Shown in pieces: positions 12,824 through 25,571 of a DNA stretch of 64,000 nt. The position numbers and the translations under genes were made by a program. Positions within the stretch are counted from its first letter, which is position 1; the number at the start of each line of letters is the position of its first letter. The notes below the pieces were generated by a model. The model was not told the DNA's origin and searched no databases. It worked only from the letters and a program-made list of their open reading frames with translations. This DNA is from Octopus sinensis (lineage: Eukaryota), in NCBI RefSeq assembly GCF_006345805.1, contig NC_042998.1, positions 169,012,001 through 169,076,000 of the forward strand, read 5' to 3'.

Positions 12824-12881
12824 TATATATATATTATATATATATATAGCGGCGTACGTACACCCTTGTGTTCACCTTACA
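12729..12881. repeat. Perfect 33-bp inverted repeat enclosing (TA)n
   Basis: TGTAAGGTGAACACAAGGGTGTACGTACGCCGC (12729-12761) and its exact reverse complement (12849-12881). Confidence 0.95.
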
Positions 12882-13112
12882 TATATATAAATGGAACAAA
12901 AACACAATAGAGGACATTAAATCATTCGGAAGGATAGACGATACAAAGGCGAACAAGAGAAACAACATTAGAAGGACAGGCAAAAAAAGATGGGTTATTC
13001 GTGGCTTTCTTTCCTCGGTCAAGTTCCAGAAGTCACGACCATTTCGGGCAGTTACACTTGAGATGGTTCGATCTGGTTGCCTCCCAAAATGTCTAAGAGC
13101 ATTAGACCCCTA

Positions 13113-13157
<45 letters not shown>

Positions 13158-15003
13158 TGGGGAAGGCCGGTTTATATATATATATATATATATATAAATA
13201 ACGCAATCACGCGATTGACCAGATGTTGGTATATATCGCTGGTCACGTTACGATTTCCTCATTTTAACATTCAAATGAGCAATATCCTGGCTAGACAAGC
13301 AGTTCAATGTGTGTGTGAGAGAGAGAGTGTGTGTGTTTGTGCGTGTATGCGTGCGTGAGTGTGCGTGCGTGCGCGCGCGAGGAAGAGTGTGTGCGCACAC
13401 GTGTGCGGGAGTGTGCGTGTGCGCATGAGTGTGTGTATGCAAGTGTGAGTGTGTGTGTGTGTATGTATGTATGTAGGTATGTATGCATGTATGTATGCAT
13501 GTATATCACACAGCCGGCTAATTACATTGAGGCTTCTTTGTGGAACTTCGTTTAGATTTTTTCATTTAACATATTTCGAATTCTTTTAGAAGCATTAAAC
13601 TTATCTTCCAACATAATAATATGAGACTGACTTCATGTTCATTAATATAAAAATGTATTGCCTTAATTCATTGTATCTTATATAGAATGCACTTTTCTTT
13701 TGATCGCATAAAACCTTTACCCAAAATATCATTTGACGAAACCTTCAAGCTACTTCATACCAAGCTAACAGCGATTCCACTTCTTAATTGCAATATATCG
13801 TCAACTTTGGTCTTTGAAATAAATCCTTTCATCCTATTCCAATTATATGTCTTGAAATCTTTTATTTATTTTTCTATTTAAATCTTCACGAATTTGTATT
13901 CGGATGTTAAGAATAAACACATTGTCGGTCTTTATTTATGGATATGAAATAACGGTAGTTACATAGTATTGTCTCAAGAGTACTGTAGTCTAGGACTACA
14001 GTATTTCTCGTAAATCGTAAATAATCTGCTCGCTTCCGTTACATACACTTCCTTTATACAGCCATACTCAAACACATGTATTTCCTATATATACTTTCAG
14101 AACAAATAGTAACTTGTTTCAATTCAAATTAAATTTGACGTGCACGTACACAAGACACACAATGCTTGCATACGAACTCACACACACACACACATGCACA
14201 CAACACACAATGCATACACACGCATACGCAGTTTTACTCTTATACAAACACTCAAGGCAATATTTAATAGAAAACTTTGTGTAATTACGGTATGTTATAA
14301 CACCAGACCATCGTAGAATTGTGCCCTTCGTTTATTGCTTTCACTGCTAACATAATAATCTTTCTTCTACGGAATAATTGAAATTTCACAACTATAATGA
14401 CAGTCACTCAGTCCATCCTGTCTTCATCTTTACTTTATGGCAACAGGATTCAATATTTTGCCTAAGTTTTCTTTCTCACTGAGCATGGATACTTAATTGA
14501 TCACTGTTTTTTTTTTCTGCAAACACATATCTTCTCTAATTGAAATGAACGACTATTTGAACAAATTTTACTAAATTTATCGCATCTGTTCTATTACGAA
14601 ATGTGTTATAAGCTAAGCGTATTGCATTCTTCCTTGATTGAAAGGGTGATGACTCAATACTTTCCATGTAGCAATTCATTATATAGACATAAGATACATA
14701 TAAAAATATTTGAAAATATCTGTAACCTGTGCCTTCTAAGGAAAGGGAATTCAGATGAAATTTGAGACGCAAAAATATAATCCTAATGAGTTATAATTAA
14801 ATAAAATTATAAATTAATCATAAATATTATTATAATTTTATTAATAATAACTAATCTCACAAATTGTGACAAAAATGTAAATTTACTTGGCGACGTAATT
14901 TCACATTTAATTTAAGTTGAATTTGCACAAAATTTGAAATCGAAACCAGGTTATGAATTGGACAGTCTTTAGTTTCCATGAAATTAAATTTAATGTATTA
15001 GTT

Positions 15004-16830
15004 AAGTGGTTCTCGACCTTTTCACTGCCAAGATCTACTTGTATTGAATGAATTGTCCAAGGAAGGGCTTCAAGGTTTATAAAAGGTCTTGTTTACGCAA
15101 TAAGCTGATTTTGTGAATTAACACCAAACTGGTTTTCCCGCTCATCTGCAATATATATAATTAAGTACGCAATTAAATTAATGGTGATATTTAAAAAAGG
15201 ATTACTTGTTTAAGAGGTGATTTATTGATATTACGTTCGGGATTCTTGGTGAACTAATAGTCAGTGTTAACGGGAGATCAGGTTCTGCATTCATCCTGCT
15301 TCTGTATTTGGATTTTATATAATACATCTGGGAGAAAGCCTTCTCACATAATTATATAGATCGGAATAGCATTAAATATTTCTGCGCATTGGAGGCTAAG
15401 TCTGAGTACTTACTTTTCACATGTAGTCAAAAGTCTACTAAACCGTACCGAAAGAAAGTTGATCAAAATTCAACAAGACCATTTTCTTCATTTGAAAGTT
15501 AAATGTTTTACAGTTTTTACATGTTCATGAAATGGTTCCGTTATCTAATTAGCATTAGTATCTTGAAGAGGAAAATAATCCCTCAAACTGTTCTTTAAAC
15601 TTTGCTGAATAAAAAGGTTTCTTATTTCTTCAAATTTGCAAAGAGGTCATCTTCAGGCAATCCAAGAAAGTTCCAAAGTGCAAGAAAGGATTCAAATACA
15701 CCTCTCTGAAGACGTTCAAACCACATGTCTTAGTTCATAGCTATGGTTCCTACTTTATCTCCAACTTCGAAAATCGTTACTGATTTGAGCTTCCTTACAA
15801 GCTCCACTTTAGGTCATCTAACTTGGTGAAAATGTCTGATATACAGGGTGGCCCAAAAGTAGGTTTACAACTATTCAACTATCTCTTTCGCATTCATATA
15901 TTAGCAGTTTAGATCTTAATTATAAAAAGAAATATGAAACCATTATTCTATGCTAATTTAGTTAATTGTAAGATAGAGATTTAAATGAAATAAAGTGTGT
16001 TTTAAAAGAAATTTAAAGGGCCTACTTTTGAGCCACCCTGTATATGCTACCACAGTTAGCTCTTAAGTGTTATTGGACCACTTGTTCCGATGGAATAATT
16101 TTTTCATGATAAAACAGTTTTATTTCATCACTCAACTTGAATAAGTATTTTACTGCGAAATAGACAACATACTCGAAAATGCAAGGGCAGTGGTTCATGG
16201 GCACTTCTCATTTCTTTGCCAAAAATATGAGAATTTAACAGATTAGTTTCTATAAAATTAACTGTTTTCACTGCCTTCTCTAGTGTTATCTTCAATTTTT
16301 TGTGCCATGTTTCTTGCTGCCAATGATTCTTTTCTCTATGTATCCCCAAGCTGACCCATTTTATAGATGCAAAATATAAAAATATTACGAAATCCAAATT
16401 GATCCAAACTCCGCAACACTCTCGATCCCAACAATTTCGGAAAAGGAATTCTCATCTGTTTTCATTTTTTAAAAACTATTTTCACTATCTGATTTTTTTG
16501 CGTTATCTGACATGTTTTCTATTCGTCGCTTGACAGTGTTGCTTGATAATGGAATTATATCATAATTCTAAAGACAATTGGAAGACTTAACTTCACACTT
16601 GCTTGTGGTTTTCCACTCCTTCCAATAAAAAGAAATGCATCGCAGAATACAACCACAGTATTTGTATTTCGCGTCCAGCTACTATGTTTCTCTACTGACT
16701 TTTGCGGGGAAAGTATTTCTTGCCGTCTTTAAATACATTCAACTGGCTTACTGTGTGCATGTTCGTTTCTACGTATTGGTGAAGTTTAGTTAACTTCATG
16801 CTTTCAATGGATAATATATGATAGCATAGA
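15004..16830 (-). mobile_element. hAT (Charlie/Buster/ZBED5-like) transposase fossil
   Basis: Minus-strand remnants PLSSNTVKRRIENMS, IHRE...KAVKTVNFI...LLNS, CEKAFS, KYRSRMNAEPDL; hAT-like terminus AAGTGGTTCTCGACC at 15004. Confidence 0.8.
15844..16040. mobile_element. Tc1/mariner-type MITE nested in the hAT fossil
   Basis: TIR CAGGGTGGC(C/T)CAAAAGTAGG at both ends, TA on each side. Confidence 0.9.
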
Positions 16831-16973
16831 ATACACTGTATCTTCATTTCGCCTTCATAGTAGATGTGTATAAACCCAACGAATATATGGTCATCACAGT
16901 ATTAATGGGATTTCCATTTTGAAATTCGAACCAATATTTTTTTCAGTTAAACATATTGCATTTTTATGTTTTC

Positions 16974-17042
<69 letters not shown>

Positions 17043-17760
17043 TTGCATACATGTATCTACGTATGTGTGTGTGCATATATATATATATATGCATGTATAT
17101 ATTTGTATGCATGTATTTATGTATGTGTGTGCATGCGTGTGTAAGTATATCTCTAGATGTGTGTGTCGGCTTTTGGGTTTGTCATTACTACTACATGAAA
17201 CTATTGTTGGCTTATATACGTCCCTTAAAAGGAACCGATAGTACAAGTACCAGGCTTAAAAATAAGTACTGAGGTCGATTCGGTTGAGTAAAAGTTTGAA
17301 GGCGATGTCTTTGCATGGCTGCAGTCCAATGACTAAAACAGGCAAAATATAAAAGACAACTTAATTCCCATCTTTGTAAATATTCTACGTCTCTGTAAAA
17401 CATCACTGGTTTGTTTAAGATTTCTTAAAACCATTACTAGCTATCATCTGTGCCATCTCCGAGCACCATTTACCTTGTTTGCTTTTAATACTTTGAGTTA
17501 TCTAAAATGTAGAAAGTAAGTCTTTAAATTTGCATCTTAACAAACCAGATGCAAGAAATAAACCTACCTTTTTCGATCTTATCACATGACATTACATGCC
17601 GGTGAGCATAGCGAAATATTTTAAAGATGTCATTCCAACAATTTCAATAAGTATTCGAGCTTCAAGGAAAATTAGTTATTGACTGTCAATGGTCTTAATA
17701 ACAAAGGTGTGTTTATTAGAAACTTGAAACCAATGAAGTAATTAAATTGCAACTTAAACG

Positions 17761-18044
17761 AGATAAATGTCGTACTTCGGGATGGTTATTTTATTTATCA
17801 TTTTTATTTTTACTTACTCCATTCTATTCTGTCAGAATGGATTAAGTGGAGCAAGAACACACACAGAAACGAAAAATGTCGCTGAAGAAGTCACAGATGT
17901 GTGATTTCCGGACAATACACAGTCGTTAGAATAATAAAATAACAGCAATAAACGAGTGAAGAAAAAGATATAGTGCGTGTGTTTATTTGGCAAAACAAAT
18001 TTAAATAATAAATAAAATGACCATCCCGAAGTACAACAATATCT
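17761..18044. mobile_element. MITE with ~39 bp TIRs
   Basis: GTACTTCGGGATGGT(T/C)ATTTTATTTAT at 17772-17798 and inverted at 18008-18034. Confidence 0.65.
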
Positions 18045-18273
18045 GTTTTCACATCAGGAATCTTGCAAAACAAATTGATAAACGTAAAGATGAATGCTGT
18101 TAACTTTAAACATATATCCTAACAATCAAACCTATCAATATTATCTAATTTGACAATGTTACATGAATATGGGTTTCTCTGATGTGTACAATTTCTCTTC
18201 CTGAAAAAATACTTGTTTGAATCATTGCTCAAAATACTGTTGCATTGATATTTCCAGATGTTAGCTTTATAAC

Positions 18274-18600
18274 ATATGATATTGCTATGGGCTCGCTCTA
18301 GGCAAGAAGTTGAACATTTTTTGCCCATGAAACTACATCGACCCTAAGTAAGGCATGTGTAAAATTTGAATGAAATTGGTTGTGTAGTTCTCAAGTTTTA
18401 GGGAATCGTAGTGGAGAAGATATGATATTGCTCTGAGCTCGCCCTAGGCAAAAAGTTTTAAAACATTTTGCCGATGACACTCCCCGGACCCTAAGTAAGG
18501 CATGTGCAAAATTTGAATGAAATTGGTTGTGTAGTTCTCAAGTTTTAGGGAAACACACAGACAGACAGACACACATTCTCAGTTTTATATATATAAAGAT
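18274..18600 (+). mobile_element. Helentron/HINE-like (DINE-1/Lep1-type) non-autonomous element with an internal 146-bp tandem duplication
   Basis: Two copies of ...GCAAAATTTGAATGAAATTGG...; ends with ACAG/AC microsatellite then TTTTATATATATAAAGAT before TTT, as in HINE-type termini. Confidence 0.5.
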
Positions 18601-18721
18601 TTTCGTCCTGTTGTTGTGAATTTCTGTTCTCCTCTTATTTTCAAACTACAGTTCTGAGAATATTTCAGTAAATTATACATTTGAGTATCAAAATTCAAAA
18701 TCAAACATTTAGCTATCTAGT

Positions 18722-21345
18722 CCAGGCGTTCTCAAAGTAAGAAAGCGTGTAAAAATTCTGTGAATCGTGAGAGTATTTGCGAAATATTTTTAAATTTGAT
18801 ATTCAAGGTTCCGTCATATTAAAATAATGACACAACGTTTCCTATTTTAATTCCCCGCGATTGCAGAACAGCCACGGCGACTATCTCCCTCTGAATTATT
18901 TCAGATAACGGAAAAGTATCGTTTTTTATTACAATATTTGTCTTCATACTACTCGATTTTAATCGCAAGTTATTTTAATTTGCAATTTAAATTCAAGTCT
19001 TTGCATCATGAACTCAGATGAAATTGTAGATAAGTATAACACGTGAAGCTGCTTACAGGCACTTTTTTCCACAAATTATAATGCGTAATGAGTTTTCCTA
19101 TCCTGTTTCACAAAATTTAATGAAATGAGATACGAAAACTCGTTAACATTATACGCACGTCGTTGTAATTTTTTTGCGATTGAAATGAACACATCCGGTT
19201 ATTTTGAAATTAAATTACATCAAAAATAGTTAAAATTAAGTACATTATCAGATATTGATAAATAATGACTGTTAAAAATTATTTGTATTAAAACAAATTT
19301 ATTATACCTAATTTGTGTTGTAGTAAAAGAAATTGATAACAATATCTTACTGATAGTTAGCAGCGTCTTTTGAAGTTCCTTATTTTTAGCAGCAATGACT
19401 GAAGAGAAAATTATATTCACGTGTTTCAACTTATTTAAATTCGAAATGAAAAAAATTATAAGTATGATTTTTATTCGTGAAAGTTACTCGAGAAACCTTG
19501 GGAATCTATTTCTATAAAATATTTGGAAGATATTTTATTTTAGATTTAATCAGTATCAATAAACTTATTCATTCATAAAGTACTAGTTAGGAAAAATCAA
19601 GAAAATATATAAACATTTTTTCAGTTCTGCGAAAATAAAAAATATTGCTTTCAACTGTGAATAACTCAAAATCAGTTCACTTACTGAACGAAATCGTCGT
19701 GGCCTGCCCAAGAATTGTCACAGTAATTTTTATTTTTTAAATATGTAAGCGATATATTTTTCCTATGGATCAGCTGAATATATCCAAGTATAAATCCGTA
19801 GAAAAGGATGATAATGATGTCACAGAGGTGCCACAAACATCAAGGAGTACCATAAAATCGCAAATAAATAGGCATTTAGGTATAACGCAATACTGCACCA
19901 AAATGAGGAAATAGAACGAATCTTATCTGCATTGTGATGCACTTTTATTTGGAAAAATAATGAAGAAATGTTTTTTTGCTTAATTTGTAACGATTATTTG
20001 ATAACGGAAACAAATTCTTAAAGAATTGTTAATTCCACCTAGAAAGCCTAAAGAAATTCATGGAAAAGCTATTGCAATCTTTAGAATTATATACACTCTC
20101 TAGTCATAACAAAGTACTTAAAAACATTTTTTGAAGCTGCTTCTGTGAAATGCAAGATCTAAAAACCATAGAACTTGTGTCAGCAACAGCAATTAAACTG
20201 GAAGAAATTAGTCATAGAAGAAGTATATTGATGAATTAAGGAAAGTTCCTCTGTCAAGTAATACTATTGGTAGTTATATGTCATAAATTAACAATGTCCA
20301 TTTCAAGCAACTTATTGCAAAAGAATTTTTAACAGTCTAAATTTGCAATTCAATTGGCTAACATTACTGATATTAAACTCAGCGCCATTATTGGGATAAG
20401 TCAGACATTATTATATGAATAGTGTTCACGAAGACTTGCTGACCTTGGTGAAGTACTATTAATGAAATTACTTTTCAAAACAAACGGACGAAATTTCTGA
20501 AAAAACGTTTTTCAGTGATTTAGGCTTTAAAGTTGAAATATGTACTCATGGTATAGCAGCTATGAAGTAAAATTAGATTGCATGGTAATCAGTTCGCAAA
20601 AATGCAATTATTTTCACTCATTGCATGATTCACCAAAAGGTGTTAATGTCCAAGAGATTTTCTGCGGATCAAAATGTAATGTTATAAGCTTCAATTGAAA
20701 TTATTAACGTCGTTAAAAGTTGTGCATTCAATAGTCGCTTCAAAGCAAATATCAGTGAATCTTTATTGAGAAGTGTGATGATTCTCAAATGGGTGAGCTT
20801 TGAAATAGTTATTATGACTAAAAGAAATTCAGATTTAACTGAATTGCCTCACAAAGAATATTGGTTATGCAAATAAAGCTATTTGTCGAATATTTTTGAA
20901 AATTTACTATTTATTTCTAAAATTCAAAATTTTCCTTAAATAAAACATATGTAGAAATGCTAAATAGAAAATGATGGATTGGAAATATTCTCATCTATGA
21001 ATGATTTATTTTTTAATATACATTGAATTTTGGTTTGATCAAACAATAACCAATTGATCATTTCGAAAGGAGAGAAATCAAATTCCAGGAATAGCTTTGC
21101 CAGAATTAGACAATAATCAGATGGATTGGATCCCAAATCCCCTCATAGTGGAAAAAAAAGCGAATAAAATACCAGACATTAAAAACTCAGGAAGAATATG
21201 ATTCAACTCTCAAGCTTAAGTTATCTATTAAAAAAAAATTTTTTTTTTCTTTTTTGGCTTGTCTTTTGTATTGAATTTCTAATGTCTAAATTAGTGAGCG
21301 AAACCCTTCTACTTTTTATCTGAACGTATTCTGAGAATCGGTATT
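18722..21345 (+). mobile_element. Second, highly decayed hAT (ZBED5/SCAND3-like) element
   Basis: hAT-like start CAGGCGTTCTCAAAGT; remnants PLSSNTI, KFAIQL...TDI, THGIAAM, FTHCMIH...IEIINVVKS..FNSRF at ~20240-20740. Right boundary uncertain. Confidence 0.6.
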
Positions 21346-21364
21346 TTTGATGTTGACTGATATT

Positions 21365-21955
21365 CTTTTTTACTCTAGGCACAAGGCCCGAAATTTTGGA
21401 GGAGGTGGGCCATTCGATTAAATCGGCCCCAGTACGTAACTGGTACTTAATTTATCGACCCCGAAAGGATGAATGGCAAAGTTGACATCGGCGGAATTTG
21501 AACTCAGAACGTAAAGACAGACGAAATACCTATTTCTTTACTACCCACAAGGGGCTAAACACAGAGGGGACGAACAAGGACGGACAAACGGATTAAGTCG
21601 ATTATATCGACCCCAGTGCATAACTGGTACTTATTTAATCGACTCCGAAAGGATGAAAGGCAAAGTCAACCTTGGCGGAATTTGAACTAAGAACGCAGCA
21701 GCAGACGAAATACCTATTTCTATTTCTTTACTACCCACAAGGGGTTAAACACAGAGGGGACAAACAAGGACAGACGAACGGATTAAGTCGATTACATCGA
21801 CCCCAGTGCGTAACTGGTACTTAATTTATCGGCCCCGAAAGGAGGAAAGGCAAAGTCGACCTCGGCGGAATTTGAACTCAGAACGTAGCAGCAGATGAAA
21901 TACCGCTAAGCATTTCGCCCGGAGTGCTAACGCTTCTGCGAGCTCGCCGCCTTAT
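21365..21955 (-). mobile_element. SINE family A with three tandem ~185 bp internal units
   Basis: tRNA-like head at 21900-21955, repeated AAAGTCGACCTCGGCGGAATTTGAACTCAGAACG units, tail CTAGGCACAAGGCCCGAAATTTT. Confidence 0.9.
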
Positions 21956-22269
21956 GTTGACTGATAGTAAAACAAAAAATTGATCCAGTATTACGAACAT
22001 TGATCTTGTCTTGAGATCACTATTAGCAAATATTAAACCAGGATTTGATTTGTTGTGCAAAAGTAAATAAGCACGTTCTTCTCACGAAGAGTATTTTATC
22101 TGTTTAATGAATTTGTATCAATAACTTGAGAAATGTTATTTTTTATTGCTTTTGTAAAAACAAATAGAAGCGCTACAACTAATTTCAGTCCATTTTGGTC
22201 TGGATTTTCTTCAATAGTTTATATTGCTATCTTTGAATTTGATGCATCTCCGGATGAGCCGTTGTGTTT

Positions 22270-22490
22270 CTTAATCTTTAACTTGATTCAGTCATTCGTC
22301 TGCGGCCATGCTGAGTACTACCTTGAAGAATTTTAGTCAAACAAATCGACCCCAGTATTTATGTACTTTTTAAGCCTAGTACTTATACAATCGGTTTCTG
22401 TTGCTGAAACGCTAAGTTACTGGGACATAAGCACACAACACTGGTTGTCAAGCGGCAGTGAGGGGCAAACACAAACACAAAGAGACACAT
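22270..22490 (-). mobile_element. SINE family B, 3' part
   Basis: CAGTCATT..TCTGCGGCCATGCT and GGTTGTCAAGCGG motifs shared with other family B copies. Confidence 0.7.
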
Positions 22491-22979
22491 GCTCACATAT
22501 ATATACATACACACACACACACACACACTCACACACACACACACACACATACACACATATATATATATATATATATAATTTTAATCCAAACGGGAAACAA
22601 AAAAACAACAACAATGGAACAATTACAGTATTATTATTAATAGGCGCTCAGGAAATGGAAGCAGGGAGGTATGACGTTTCGAGCGGAGCTCTTCGTCGGA
22701 AACATAAAGAAGGAAGAGAGAGGAAAGAAAGATCCCAGAGCGGGCAACAGGGATAGAGAAAAAAAACGACTGGTGTTTACGAGTTGCACATGGTGAAAGG
22801 CGGATGTTTACGATAACAAGAGCAAAGTAGGTTTTTAAAGGCAAAAGAGTGGAGACAAGGTTGGTAACGCAACAGATGTGTGTGTATGTGTGAGTGTGTG
22901 CGTGTGCGTGTGTGTATGTGTGTGTGTGAGGCGAGATAAAAAAACAAAAAATATATGTATGTGTTAGTGTGTGCGTCTG

Positions 22980-25560
22980 TGTGTAGGCGTGTGAGGTAGG
23001 GCGAGACAGTGGTCAGCTTAGCAGACAAGGTCAGTAGTAAGAAAAAGAAGGAAGGAGGAAGGGAGGGAGGGGAAGGGGTGGGGGCGTATGTAGCGTGCCA
23101 GCGTGTGTTGAGTAGTAGTGTATATATTTAAGCAATGTGTGTATATGTGTGCGCGTGTGTGTAACGAAAAAGGGGGGGGGTTAAGGAAAAAGGACTCCAG
23201 CTGAGGGGAAGATGGAAGAGTGGTCCCGCGGAGACGGGCGTGGGAAAACCCAACGACACGCGACGGTCCCAGGAACGGGCGGGAGGTCTCGTCGGGTCCA
23301 AGAGCGAGGTGCATGCGGCGCGTATGCGTGCGCGAACCGGCGCAAGCGCGTGTGTGCGCGCGCCTGCGAGTATGCGCGTAAGTATGTATGTGTGTGGATG
23401 TGTGAGTGTGTCTGTGTGTATGTCTGGGTGGCAGTGTGTCCGATGAATGTATGTGAGTATGTGTGTATGTATGTGTGTGCATAGATGTATGTCCGTGTGT
23501 GTGTGTGTGTGTGTATGTGTATGAGTGTGTATGTATGTACGTGTGGGTGTGGGGAAGTGTGTGTATGTGCATGTGTGTGCGCGTAGATACAGGTGTGTGA
23601 GTGAGTGTGTGTGTGTGTATGTATGTGTGAGTGTGTATGTATGTGTGTGTAGGATGCATGTATGTGTATGGGTGTATGTATGCGTGTGTGTATGTATGTA
23701 TGTGTACGTGCGTGTGTGTGTGTGTATGCGTGTAGGTGTGCGCGTGTGCATGCATGCATGCATGTGCGTATGTGTGTGTGTGTGCATGTGTGTGGGTATA
23801 TATGTATGTGCGTATATGTGTGTGTATGTGCGTACATGTGTGTGTGTGTATGCATGTGTGTGTATGTAGGTGTGTAGGCGTGTGTGTATAGGTGTATGTA
23901 TGTAAGTATGTATGGGTGTGTCCGTGTATGTGTGTGTATGTATGTGTGTGTATGTAGGTGTGTGGGCGTGTGTATATGTGTGTGTATGTAGGTGTGTGGG
24001 CGTGTGTATATAGGTGTATGTGTGTATGTCTGGGTGTGTCCGTGCATGTTTGTGTGTGTGTGTGTATGCATGTGTATGTAGGTGTGTGTGTACGTGTGTA
24101 ATGTATGTGTGTATGCGTGTGTATGCGTGTGTATGCGTGCGTGTGTGTATGTAGGTGCGTGTGTATGTGTGTGGGAGTGTAGGTGTGTGTGTGCGTGTGC
24201 GTGTTTATGTTGGTGTGTGCGTATGTGAGTGTGAGTGTATGGGTGTTTGTCATGCATGTGTGTGCGCGTGCAGGTGAGTGTGTGTGTAAGTATGTGTGTG
24301 TGTATGTTTGTGTGAGTGTGTATGTGTGTATGTCTGTGTGTATGTATGTGCGTATAGGAGTATGTAGGTATGTGTGTGTATGTATATGGGTGTATGTATG
24401 TATGTGTGTTGTGTGCATGTGTATAAGTATATGTGTGTGTGCGTATGTGTGTGTATGTGTATGTGTGTGTGTTTATGTATGTGTGTATGTATGTGTGTAG
24501 GCGTGTGTGTGTAGATGTATGTATGTATGGGTGTGTGTCTGTGTGTGTTTGTGTGTGTGTGTAGGTAGATGTGTGTGTCTGAGTGAGGGTATGGCTGTGT
24601 AGGTGTGTGTGTGTATGAATGTAAGTGTGTGTGTATACAAGTGTAATGTATGTATGTAGGTGTGTGTGTGTGTGTATGTGTACGTGTGCGTGTGTATGTG
24701 TGTGTGTGTGTATGCGTGTGAGTGTGAGTGTATGGGTGTATGTCTGTGTGTGTGTATGTCTGAAGTAGGTATGTGTGTGTATGTATGTGTGTGTACAGGT
24801 ATGTGTGTGTGTGTGTATGTGTGTGTGTGAGTAGGTGTGCGTGTATGTATGTGGGTAGGGATGCATGCGAGTGTGTGGGTATGTATGCATACATACGCAT
24901 GCGCACATCCGAAGCAAGCCCACACACACGAAGCGCGCTCACGCACACAACGCACAAGCAGTACAACGCAAGCCCAAGGGGCCGACCAAGCCCCCAGCGC
25001 GCGCCAAGGCGCGCGAGCGCAAAGGCCCTCGAACGCCCCGCTACGCGGTAACCGAGGATCCATCAGCCAAAACCGGAAAGCAGAAAAGAGGGGGGCTGCC
25101 TGGATGCAAAAAGGTGTATGTGTGTGTGCATTCAGTGTAAGGGTGTGCATGTGTGGGTATGTATGTATGTATGTGCCTACATGTATGTGTGCATGTGTGT
25201 GTGTGTGAAGTATGTACGTGCGGTGTGTGTGTGTGAGTGTGTGTGTATGTATGTGCGTATGTATGTGTGTGTGTATGTGTGTATGTATGTCTGTGTGTGT
25301 GTGTGTGTGTAAGTATGTATGTGTGTGCGTATGTATGTATGTGTGTGTGTATGTGCATGTTGGTTTGTATGTTAGTGTGTGCTAGTATGTCTGTAAGTGT
25401 GTGTGATTAAATGTGTGAATGTATGTACGTAGATGGGTCTACGTATGTGTGTGTGTGAACAGGCGTGTGGGAGGTAGGTGGGTGGGTGTGTGTGGGAGGT
25501 AGGTGGATGGGTGTGTGCGTTAGGGAGGTAGGTGGGTGGGTGTGTGTGGGTGGTGTGTCC
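22980..25560. repeat. 2.6 kb degenerate (GT)/(GTAT) block with two GC-rich unique islands
   Basis: Direct reading; islands at ~23160-23390 and ~24890-25110. Confidence 0.9.
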
Positions 25561-25571
25561 ACAAAAAAAAA

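Noticed and set aside
23250-23310. CCGACGA...GTC hammerhead-like string in the GC island (minus strand)
   Set aside because: No GAAA core and poor stem I.
23018-25150. Long His/Thr/Tyr-rich ORFs (466, 582, 238, 225 aa)
   Set aside because: Translations of (CA)/(TACA) repeats, which lack stops on that strand; no domain signal.
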